Origin: an uncultured bacterium
Lineage (GTDB): Bacteria; Verrucomicrobiota; Verrucomicrobiia; Verrucomicrobiales; DEV007
NCBI GenBank assembly: GCA_963977015.1
Contig: CAXBMO010000009.1
Coordinates: forward strand, 128,001 to 192,000
Direction: 5' to 3'
DNA: 64,000 bases
Under the pieces are notes generated by a model. It did no database searches. It saw only the letters and a program-made list of their open reading frames with translations, and was not told where the DNA came from. The position numbers and the translations under genes were made by a program. How positions within the stretch are numbered: the first letter of the stretch is position 1; each line of letters opens with the position of its first letter. Below, in pieces: positions 20,247 through 28,622 of the stretch.

Positions 20247-20714
20247 CTAACCGTCAGCCGGTTCCTCCCGGCCCCAGAACCACGCTCCGCGATCCATCAT
20301 CACAAGCGCCAGCGCGATTCCCAGGAGGACGATGTTCCGCCCGATGGCGAGCGCATAATTGGTCACTTCCTCTGAATCGCCAAAACAACCACAGCTGATT
20401 TCCAAACCGCGCATCCACGCCGATCCCAACGCGAGATTGAAAACAAATATCGACGTTCCCAAAATCGCCAAGCTTCCCAGATAACATCGATGGATGATCA
20501 ACCCGATGCCGCAAAAGATCTCCAACCACGGCAACGTCACACCGATGATCGCGGGCCAGGGGTCACCCACGATATTGAAATCAAGAACGGACTTCGCGAA
20601 CAATTCCGGGTTTCGAACCTTGAGATAGCCGGAGAAGACGAACATTCCTCCCAGAAAAATGCGCATGATCCTCTCCAGCCACAGGCCGATTTTCTCCGCG
20701 TGTTCAGAATCCAT
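20247..20714 (-). CDS. MauE/DoxX family membrane protein
   Basis: LPWLEI..G, RGLEISCGCFG and RN motifs; four TMs. Confidence 0.85.
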   Translation of the reverse strand: MDSEHAEKIGLWLERIMRIFLGGMFVFSGYLKVRNPELFAKSVLDFNIVGDPWPAIIGVTLPWLEIFCGIGLIIHRCYLGSLAILGTSIFVFNLALGSAWMRGLEISCGCFGDSEEVTNYALAIGRNIVLLGIALALVMMDRGAWFWGREEPADG

Positions 20715-21099
20715 CTTCGTCGCAACAAATGACCGCGTTCGCGGCGGCATATTGATCGGTGTGGGTGAGGCTAATCATGATTTTGGTGATGCTCTTCCGC
20801 TTGGCATAGTCTTTCCCGCGCCCACAAAGCACGACATAAGGTTCGCCGGAATCGCGCCGGAGAATTTCCATGTCGGTCCAGTTTAAATCCGCACCGATTC
20901 CCGTTCCAAACGCCTTGGCGATCGCCTCCTTTGCCGCAAAACGGGCTGCGTAATGCCGGCTGGAGAACTTCATCGCATCACAGTATTTGCGCTCGGAAGC
21001 CGTGAACACACGATCAAGGAACGCATCGCCAAGCCGATCAATCGACTGCCGGATCCGCGCGTTCTCGACGACATCGACGCCGATGCCAAAAATCATCAT
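20704..21099 (-). CDS. acpS: Holo-ACP synthase (phosphopantetheinyl transferase)
   Basis: GIGVDVV, ARFAAKEA..KAFGTG, ISLTH. Follows pdxJ, a conserved pairing. Confidence 0.93.
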   Translation of the reverse strand: MMIFGIGVDVVENARIRQSIDRLGDAFLDRVFTASERKYCDAMKFSSRHYAARFAAKEAIAKAFGTGIGADLNWTDMEILRRDSGEPYVVLCGRGKDYAKRKSITKIMISLTHTDQYAAANAVICCDEDGF

Positions 21100-21104
21100 A
21101 GGGA

Positions 21105-21863
21105 CTAGATACCGGGATCGTAGCGACTCATCAAGTCCAACATGTCGGCAACGCTTTGCTTCAATCCCACAAAGACAGCCCGCGAAACCAGATGGTGACC
21201 GACGTTTAATTCCGCCAAATAGGGAACCTGAAAGAGGGTCGGCAAATTCATCAAATTGATCCCGTGCCCGGCATTGACTTGCAATCCAGCCCGGTGGGCT
21301 TGATCCGCCGCCGCGATGAGGCGCTTCAATTCCTCGGGACAACCTGCGGGAGCGCCATTGGCGAACGCTCCGGTATGGAGTTCGATCATTTTTGCCCCCA
21401 ACTCCGCGGATTTCGCGACTTGCTCAGGATCGGGATCGATAAAGAGGCTGACCAACGTGCCATTTTCCTGAAGTCGATCAATCGTGCCCTGCAATTCCCC
21501 GGCATTCCCAACGACATCAAGCCCTCCTTCCGTCGTAACCTCCTGACGGTTCTCCGGAACGAGGCAAACGAAATCAGGCTTGATCGAAATCCCGATTTCT
21601 ACAATCTCCGGCGTGTTTCCCATCTCCAGATTCAGGGGGAACTTCTGGATCTCCCGAACGCGAACGACATCCGTATCCTGGATATGACGACGGTCTTCCC
21701 GCAAATGCATCGTGATCGAGTCAGCCCCCGCCTCGATGCAGATTTTCGCAGCTTCCAACAGATCGGGCTCCGCGTTGTGAGCATCCGGCATGGTGGAATA
21801 CCGCGCCTGTCGCAACGTTGCGACGTGGTCGATGTTTACGCCTAATTTCAGCTTTCTCGGCAT
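21105..21863 (-). CDS. pdxJ: Pyridoxine 5'-phosphate synthase
   Basis: LGVNIDHVATLR, HLREDRRHI, TTEGGLD, NAGHG. Confidence 0.97.
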   Translation of the reverse strand: MPRKLKLGVNIDHVATLRQARYSTMPDAHNAEPDLLEAAKICIEAGADSITMHLREDRRHIQDTDVVRVREIQKFPLNLEMGNTPEIVEIGISIKPDFVCLVPENRQEVTTEGGLDVVGNAGELQGTIDRLQENGTLVSLFIDPDPEQVAKSAELGAKMIELHTGAFANGAPAGCPEELKRLIAAADQAHRAGLQVNAGHGINLMNLPTLFQVPYLAELNVGHHLVSRAVFVGLKQSVADMLDLMSRYDPGI

Positions 21864-21920
21864 GGTCGGAACAAAGCGCCAAAATGCGGAGAATCGAAGT
21901 GCGAATTTCCAGTTCCTGTG

Positions 21921-22397
21921 TCAGCAGCCCAGCTTGCCGGCTTTGAACTGGCGAAAAATCTCCTCGCAGCCATCCTCAAGCAAATCGAGAACCAACTCAA
22001 ATCCGGCTTCCCCACCGTAGTAGGGATCGGGAACTTCCTTGTGAGTATGCTCCGTGCAAAAATCACAAAACAACCGGATCTTTTTCACCTGATCCCCGTT
22101 GGAAGCCAAATTCTCAAGGTCGACAAAATTCGCGCGATCCATCGCCAGAATCAGGTCAAAATCGTCCAAGTCCTGAGGTCGCACTTGTCGGGCGCGTCCG
22201 TGCATTTCAATTCCCCGGGCCTGCGCCGCCTTGGTCATGCGCGAGTCCGGCGGATTCCCGGCATGCATTCCGATCGTCCCCGCTGAATCCAACTCCATCT
22301 CGCTCGTCGCACGTTCACGCTCAAGCAGATGGCGTATCACGTTCTCCCCGGAGGGAGAGCGACAGATATTTCCCATGCAGACAAACAGAAGCTTCAT
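21921..22397 (-). CDS. Low molecular weight protein-tyrosine phosphatase
   Basis: CMGNICRS active-site loop and DPYYG. ATG at 22397 overlaps the upstream stop. Confidence 0.93.
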   Translation of the reverse strand: MKLLFVCMGNICRSPSGENVIRHLLERERATSEMELDSAGTIGMHAGNPPDSRMTKAAQARGIEMHGRARQVRPQDLDDFDLILAMDRANFVDLENLASNGDQVKKIRLFCDFCTEHTHKEVPDPYYGGEAGFELVLDLLEDGCEEIFRQFKAGKLGC

Positions 22398-23251
22398 CGG
22401 CGAACCAATTGGATTGGCTGCACCGGTTCTGCAAGTTGGAATCTGGCGAGGGCGCGATACATCTGCAGGCAATGTGGATGACTGAGGCGACTGGAAAGCA
22501 CCGCACGGGAGTCATCGTAGCACCCCAACTTTAGAATTTCGATTTCCACCTGACGCACTCCCCAGCGATTCATGGAGGATCTCGAGGGGTGATAAATGTC
22601 AATCGTATTGGTTCCAACCAAGGCGCTTCCGTAGTCTTCCACGACGTAAATCTTGTCCTCCCCTACGATCCGGAAGGTTGTTCCCAAAGGGAATCGCGAC
22701 CAGTCTGCGGCCGCCGAATTGTGGCTGCGGCTGGACCTCAACTTCGTTCCAATCGCAGTCGAGCGTCCGTATTCCTTGTGATCGGCTTCCGAATGCGTGT
22801 AGGCCGTTGTCCGAACCGTTCGGCGCATTGCCCCCGAGACCGGAGTCAGATTTTCGGGAGGCGCGATCAAACTGGAACGCAATCTTGCCAAACTGCCAAT
22901 CCTCGTATCGACAGTGGAATCGACGGCCTGCCGAATGGTGGGTTGGGAACGTTGGGCAAGAGATGACGAAGCCACAGGAATTCGCGTCGATGACGACGAT
23001 GGCGGTCGCACCTGAGGTTGCATTGTCCTGAGTACCGGTTGCGCACGATAGCGGGTATCTTGGGTCAGCTTTTTATTGGAAGAGACCGGAATGACGCTTC
23101 GGAATAAACTGGCAACCCGTTTCGAAGAGCCTTTAAGGCCGGTGGAGGCGGATGGTGAAGCTTTATCGCGGCGAAAAATGCCCGCATCACTGCTCTGAGC
23201 CGAGAGCAAAACTGTCCCACAGATGAGACCGTATAGGAGGTTCGATTTCAT
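22394..23251 (-). CDS. 3D-domain (three-Asp) cell-wall protein
   Basis: Signal peptide, Ser/Arg-rich linker, TTAYT...AAD..RFPLGT...EDYGSA...IDIY. Confidence 0.82.
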   Translation of the reverse strand: MKSNLLYGLICGTVLLSAQSSDAGIFRRDKASPSASTGLKGSSKRVASLFRSVIPVSSNKKLTQDTRYRAQPVLRTMQPQVRPPSSSSTRIPVASSSLAQRSQPTIRQAVDSTVDTRIGSLARLRSSLIAPPENLTPVSGAMRRTVRTTAYTHSEADHKEYGRSTAIGTKLRSSRSHNSAAADWSRFPLGTTFRIVGEDKIYVVEDYGSALVGTNTIDIYHPSRSSMNRWGVRQVEIEILKLGCYDDSRAVLSSRLSHPHCLQMYRALARFQLAEPVQPIQLVRR

Positions 23252-23392
23252 GATTATTCCGTCCACAATAATCATAAAGATTATAACATGTAAAGAGAAA
23301 CAGATTTTAAAGCAATCTTAAGCAAATCTGCAGGTTTGAGATTCCTTTATCTTGACTAGGACTGCCTCCTGCTGACAAAGGGTGTCTCCCGA

Positions 23393-24175
23393 ATGACATC
23401 TCGTACCGAGCTCAAAGTCGTGGCTCTCGTCACGGCCTATAATGAAGAGTCAACAATTGGGGAAATTGTGGATGTTCTGAAGCAGTGTCCGATGATCGAT
23501 CAAGTGCAGGTCGTTGATGACGGTTCAACTGACCAAACCCGGTTTGAGGCCGAGTCGAGAGGCATCAAAGTGATCTCCCTGAAAGAGCGGGTTCCGGTGG
23601 GTCAAGCCATCATGCATCACCTCACCGAAATTGAAGACGAGTGCATTCTTCTTTGGTGCGATGCGGACTTGGTGGGCTTGAAGCCCGATTACATGGAGAC
23701 GCTGATTCACAGGTTTCGCCAGGAAACAGTCACCCAATCGCTCAGTTCACGCGGCGTGCCGCTGGATTGGCCGAAATGGCTTCGAGGCTGGCCCATCCGT
23801 CAAATCTGGGCCGCAGCGTTCGGCCCAATCACCGGAGAACGCGCCATTCTCCGGTCGGATTTCGTAAAGGCCATCGAACTATCTCGTACACTCAATTGGG
23901 CAGAAATGATGCGCGGCTACGGAATTGTGCTTTTCCTGAATTGGTATGGCAACGCATTCGGAAGTGGACACGTCATCTCCTATTTCGACCAATTACGCCA
24001 GCGCCAGAAGTACGAGAAATGGGGAAAACGATCTTTCCGTGAAATGGTGATGCAATGGATCCAGTTCGGCTTGGTCTGGATAAAAATCCGGATCCATTCC
24101 CGCCAAATTCGGGCTTCGCATCGCAGAGTTTCGGCAGATTCAAGTCTCAGCCCTGAAACTCCTCAAGCCGGCTGA
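23393..24175 (+). CDS. Glycosyltransferase family 2
   Basis: AYNEE, VDDGSTD, DAD. Confidence 0.85.
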   Translation: MTSRTELKVVALVTAYNEESTIGEIVDVLKQCPMIDQVQVVDDGSTDQTRFEAESRGIKVISLKERVPVGQAIMHHLTEIEDECILLWCDADLVGLKPDYMETLIHRFRQETVTQSLSSRGVPLDWPKWLRGWPIRQIWAAAFGPITGERAILRSDFVKAIELSRTLNWAEMMRGYGIVLFLNWYGNAFGSGHVISYFDQLRQRQKYEKWGKRSFREMVMQWIQFGLVWIKIRIHSRQIRASHRRVSADSSLSPETPQAG

Positions 24176-24409
24176 CTAGTTCGCGCCCTGAAGAACGTTT
24201 TCATTCCCCGCGCGCTGAGGCCGTTCATTGACCCACTTTTCCCGATGATTGATCACCCAATCGATCAGGGCCGCGTCAAAACCAATATCCCTTCCAGCGT
24301 CCTCACTCCGCAGCCATTTGTGTTTCAGAACTTCTTCCCGTTCGGCCAAAAATTCTTTGTAGAACAAGGGGTGGTCCGCGGAGGTGTTGGTGTTGAGTCT
24401 AGGTTTCAA
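24176..24409 (-). CDS. Small DUF4032-like protein
   Basis: EREEVLKHKWLRSE..GRDIGFDAALIDW resembles the DUF4032 C-terminal motif. Confidence 0.65.
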   Translation of the reverse strand: MKPRLNTNTSADHPLFYKEFLAEREEVLKHKWLRSEDAGRDIGFDAALIDWVINHREKWVNERPQRAGNENVLQGAN

Positions 24410-24493
24410 ATTACAAGGGGTGTTATGTGACTATTTCTCAACTACGGGAATAATCCAAGGAAAAGATAAGGGAAATCCTTATACGCTTTCAAC

Positions 24494-24979
24494 CTAGTCG
24501 AATGGAAACGGATAGAGCTCGTCATGCTCCGTTCGCTCCTCTTCGGTCATTCGACCTCGTTCCACACGAGTGGTAAATGCTCCAACAATTTTCCCATCAG
24601 CAAAATACTGCCAATCCACAATCTGGTTTTCGGTAAAGCGAACTTCCTCAAGGGCCTCAACCTTTTGAAGCTTCATGGGCGCTTCGTTCACGATTCCACT
24701 GAATCCGTCTTCCTCGGCTTTGATGCCGTTGACCCAAAGATCCTCAAACACATCACCTTCTCCGATCCGCACCTTTGCCAGAAATCCGGTTCCCTCCGTT
24801 TCGGTATCTTGTGAGGTAGCCACAAAGTCCGCGAAGGTATCCCTCGCATGATCCATTGCTGCGTTGATTTCCTCGTCATCCGAAGAAATCGGATCAACAT
24901 CCACGAGAGGAGCATCCTCACGTGAACAACCGGCCACAAACAGACTTATCAGTAGGATAGCTTTGAACCTCAAGAGCAT
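24494..24979 (-). CDS. YegJ/DUF2314 family lipoprotein
   Basis: Lipobox VAGC after ATG 24979; AM..AR.TF..F, VR...EDLWV, G.V.NE.P, I.DWQY...G.FT. Confidence 0.75.
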   Translation of the reverse strand: MLLRFKAILLISLFVAGCSREDAPLVDVDPISSDDEEINAAMDHARDTFADFVATSQDTETEGTGFLAKVRIGEGDVFEDLWVNGIKAEEDGFSGIVNEAPMKLQKVEALEEVRFTENQIVDWQYFADGKIVGAFTTRVERGRMTEEERTEHDELYPFPFD

Positions 24980-25010
24980 CTGATGATGCTCGCCGATTGA
25001 ATTCAGAACC

Positions 25011-25670
25011 TCAAGGCTGAAATTCAGTGGGTTTCCCCTCCATCGGCTGAGCAAACCGGTCTCCTGAATTGCCGCTGGTCGGTGGATGATAGTCCGCATC
25101 ATCAATTCTCCCGGCATCTTCAAAAATAGGAACGTCCAGCCCGGTCAACACTCCAGACTTGGGTAGCTCGTCTTCCGGTTCAGCCTGGGGAGCGCTGAGC
25201 TGTTTCAACTGATGAATCCGAAGGCGGAACACGTAGAGGTAGCTGATGAAGCACTCGATCAAATCAAGCGTAATCTCAGCAATCTGCTGATTGCTTTCGC
25301 GCTCCATGTCGAAATGCGCGCCCAATCCGTGGCCATCTTTGAGTGACGCGGCCAACTCAACCAGAGGCTGGTCCGTATTGACGGCTTTGATCAACTTCTC
25401 GACCAACTGCGCCAGATTCCCATTTTGCTCGGTAAAGGAAAGCTCGGTCCTGGCAATGTTCTCAAGCACCTTGCCGCACAAGGCGACAGACGCGTCCCAA
25501 CTCCCCGAATTGTAGGCGCTCACTGATGCGTTGTAAGCCCGCATGATTTTGTGAGACTCTTCAAGGATCCTTCGATCGCCATTGAAGCAGCTCTGGCGCT
25601 CAAAATTTACTTTCTGAAAGGGGGAGAGAGAGGGGTTAGGCATGGCGTGCTTATCCATATAACCGCCCAT
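25011..25670 (-). CDS. DUF4145 (HEPN-fold)-like protein
   Basis: AS..LCGKVLE, L.QLVE.L and G.GLGAHFD resemble DUF4145. Confidence 0.5.
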   Translation of the reverse strand: MGGYMDKHAMPNPSLSPFQKVNFERQSCFNGDRRILEESHKIMRAYNASVSAYNSGSWDASVALCGKVLENIARTELSFTEQNGNLAQLVEKLIKAVNTDQPLVELAASLKDGHGLGAHFDMERESNQQIAEITLDLIECFISYLYVFRLRIHQLKQLSAPQAEPEDELPKSGVLTGLDVPIFEDAGRIDDADYHPPTSGNSGDRFAQPMEGKPTEFQP

Positions 25671-25723
25671 GATTGAGAATCTGTCAGGATTAGCAAGCAA
25701 TAAGTCCGAATTTTTTGGACTCC

Positions 25724-27133
25724 TTAATGAAGTTGGGGGTAGATCGCTTTCAGGTTCAAACTATCCTCCATTTCATCCTGGAGTTGCAAGAGCTTGGAAA
25801 AGAGAAGCTTAACAATTGGTAACTTCTCAGGATTCTTTGCCAGGTTCTTGGTTTCGTGCGGATCGTCGGCAAGGTTGAAAAGCAACGCAACCGGCTCTTT
25901 CGGGTAGAGAATCAACTTGTAGTCGCTGTGAATCACAGCCCTCTGCCCATCCAGATAAGCCCCATAGATCGACTCATAGCCGTTTTCTTCGCCTCTTAGA
26001 ATCGGCATCAAGCTGTTGAACTCGACGTAGTCCGGCTTGTCCGCTCCCGTCAGGTCGATCGTCGTCGCCATGATGTCCTGCAGATAAACACGCTCGTCGA
26101 TCTTTGCTCCTTTTGCAATTCCCGGTCCCTTCACCATCAGGGGAACCCGAAGGCTATGATCAAACATGTTCTGTTTTCCCATCAATCCATGTTGGCCAAC
26201 AGCCAAACCATGATCAGCGCTGAAGAAGATGTAGGTATTGTCCGCTTTTCCGGAAGCTTCCAACTCATCCAGAATTCTCCCAATTTGGTGATCCATGTGA
26301 GTGATGATCGCATAGTATTCCTGCCGATTGACCTTCACCGCATTCTCTGTGCGCGGAAACGGAGCCAGCTTCTCATCGCGAAGCCCTCGACCGGACTTCA
26401 TCACTTCATTGAAGGGATACTCCGGCATGAAGTTGACCGGCATCGCGATTTCCGACAAGGGATAGCGGTCAACGTAGGATTGGGGACTCTGGCGGGGATC
26501 ATGTGGCGCATTGAACGCGAGATACATGAAGAACGGCGTGCTCATTCCCCCTGCCACTTGCAGGTAATCGACCGCGTCATCCCCCAGCACTTCACTCCAA
26601 TGTTTGCCACCTTTCCAGAAGCCTTCAAACTTGGGATCAGAAGGGCTCCAGGGATCAGGTTTCCCGTCGATCGGGCGATTGTAGCCTTCCTTGGTCTGAT
26701 TCGGCATGCCGGGACGAACATTCCGACTGATCGAGAAAATTTGCTGCGTGTCGGCCTTCACATGCCACTTGCCTGAAAAATAGGTGTCGTAACCTGCGTC
26801 CTGCAACACCTGACTCCACATCTGACCTTCCTCCTGCATCACCTTCAGATCCGATTGGTTCGCCCGCCAGATAAACTTGCCGGTGTTCAACATGGTTCGG
26901 CTCGCGACGCAAACAGCCCCCGACCAGCTCCCCATATTGTAGGCATGCGTGAAGGTCGTCCCTCCAGCCACCAGTCGATCAAGATTGGGAGTCTGAACCT
27001 CTCGATTTCCCAAGGAGTTGATCGTGTCAAAACACTGATCATCCGCGAAGATGAACAGGAGATTCGGCTTTTCGGCTCCGAAGCCGGAAACAGCAAAACT
27101 CAACGCCGAGAGAAAGACAAAGAAGGGTTTCAT
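25724..27133 (-). CDS. Sulfatase (Cys-type, formylglycine-dependent)
   Basis: Signal peptide, PNLLFIFADD, CVASR, GKWH, APHDP, DHG, GKQN. Confidence 0.93.
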   Translation of the reverse strand: MKPFFVFLSALSFAVSGFGAEKPNLLFIFADDQCFDTINSLGNREVQTPNLDRLVAGGTTFTHAYNMGSWSGAVCVASRTMLNTGKFIWRANQSDLKVMQEEGQMWSQVLQDAGYDTYFSGKWHVKADTQQIFSISRNVRPGMPNQTKEGYNRPIDGKPDPWSPSDPKFEGFWKGGKHWSEVLGDDAVDYLQVAGGMSTPFFMYLAFNAPHDPRQSPQSYVDRYPLSEIAMPVNFMPEYPFNEVMKSGRGLRDEKLAPFPRTENAVKVNRQEYYAIITHMDHQIGRILDELEASGKADNTYIFFSADHGLAVGQHGLMGKQNMFDHSLRVPLMVKGPGIAKGAKIDERVYLQDIMATTIDLTGADKPDYVEFNSLMPILRGEENGYESIYGAYLDGQRAVIHSDYKLILYPKEPVALLFNLADDPHETKNLAKNPEKLPIVKLLFSKLLQLQDEMEDSLNLKAIYPQLH

Positions 27134-27294
27134 GGGCGGCACCGAAGAGTAGTTTCAGAGGGGATGCAACTCTGATCCGTCTCCATGGATCGGCCTTGGA
27201 CTCACCTCCTCGCCACAATCCCTGCAACTCATCGTCTCATACGGGTTTCCATTCGACGCACCGCTATGAACCACCTAGATTCCTCCATTGCTTC

Positions 27295-28536
27295 ATGAAT
27301 CGCACCAAAGCCCTGATCATTCGCGCAGCGATCGCCCTCCTCATTTTCGTGGCGGGCGCCAGTTACTATGCCTATTTGATCAAGACCGGTCCGCAACCTG
27401 AGCAACGCCCCGCCATTCGCTCCTATCCCGTCATCGAGGTCATGGAGCTGGAGCGGTCCGATTTTCAGGTCAGGATTCCCTCACAGGGAATTGTAACGCC
27501 CCGCACCAACACCGATCTCACCGCTGAGGTTTCCGGGAAAATCGCCCATATTCCCAACCAGTTTCTCAACGGCGCGTTCTTCCAAAAGGGGGAAGTCCTC
27601 GTCGAATTGGATGCGCGGAATTACGAAACCGCGTTGGCCAGAACCGAAGCGGAGCTCACCCGCACCCAGACGGCATTGGCGCTGGCAAAGGCCGCGACCG
27701 ACCGGGCCCGTGAAGACTGGAAACGGTTGGGTCTGAGAGGGACGCCGACCGATCTCAACCTGAAAATCCCCCAATTGCGGGAAGCCGAAGCCAACGTGAA
27801 AGCTGCGGAAGCAAATGTCGCCGAGGCCAAGTTGAACGTCGAGCGCTGCAAAATCTCCGCTCCCTACTCCGGTCGCGTCCTCGAGAAACTGGTTGATGTC
27901 GGACAATTCGTGAGTCCAGGAACCATGTTAGGGCAAATCTATTCCACCGAGTTGTTCGAGGTCCGCCTCCCTCTTCGCAACGATCAACTGGCTTTTCTGG
28001 AATTGGAACGCGCCGACGGCCGGAAGCCTGCCGTCGCCCTTTCCGGTGAAGCAAGTGCGGACGCCCAGTGGCCCGCCTGGATTGAGCGGACGGAGGCCGC
28101 CGTCGATGCGCGAAGCCGCCAGCTTTTCGTGATTGCGGCGATCGATCTTTCTCTGGCTGACTCACCTCCCCTTCCCAGCGGCACCTTCGTGGAAGCTGAA
28201 ATTGAAGGGAAACTCCTCAAAGACGTGTTTGTGATTCCTCGCACGGCCACACGATCGGGCAACCACGTGATGCGGGTGACCCAGAATCAGAAAGTCGAGT
28301 TCCAGGAGCTGGATGTGATCTATGATGGTGACGCGAACTTTTTGATCGCAAAAGCTGGCGGAAACCTGGATGCGGGTGATCAGATCTCGCTGACTCCGCT
28401 TCCCTTCGTCAGCAATGGTGATCAAATCACGATCAAGGGAGCGCAAAGCAACTCTCCCGAGCAACGCCGTCCTCCACTCGTCAAAGGGCCAAATGGCCCG
28501 AAAGCGCAGAAGAACGAGCCGAAAACCGAGTCATAG
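27295..28536 (+). CDS. RND efflux periplasmic adaptor (membrane fusion protein)
   Basis: N-terminal TM, AEVSGKI, KGEVLVELD, coiled hairpin, ISAPYSG.V, GQFVSPG. Confidence 0.9.
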   Translation: MNRTKALIIRAAIALLIFVAGASYYAYLIKTGPQPEQRPAIRSYPVIEVMELERSDFQVRIPSQGIVTPRTNTDLTAEVSGKIAHIPNQFLNGAFFQKGEVLVELDARNYETALARTEAELTRTQTALALAKAATDRAREDWKRLGLRGTPTDLNLKIPQLREAEANVKAAEANVAEAKLNVERCKISAPYSGRVLEKLVDVGQFVSPGTMLGQIYSTELFEVRLPLRNDQLAFLELERADGRKPAVALSGEASADAQWPAWIERTEAAVDARSRQLFVIAAIDLSLADSPPLPSGTFVEAEIEGKLLKDVFVIPRTATRSGNHVMRVTQNQKVEFQELDVIYDGDANFLIAKAGGNLDAGDQISLTPLPFVSNGDQITIKGAQSNSPEQRRPPLVKGPNGPKAQKNEPKTES

Positions 28537-28622
28537 CCGCTTGAGGCGGCGCAACCTGGCGGATTCGGAGATACGATTCTGGACGGGAGCCATTTTCTCC
28601 CCAAGTTTTCGCTCCACCGTCC

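Noticed and set aside
20704-21342. Extended AcpS of 212 aa
   Set aside because: The extension overlaps pdxJ in another frame; the family start is at 21099.
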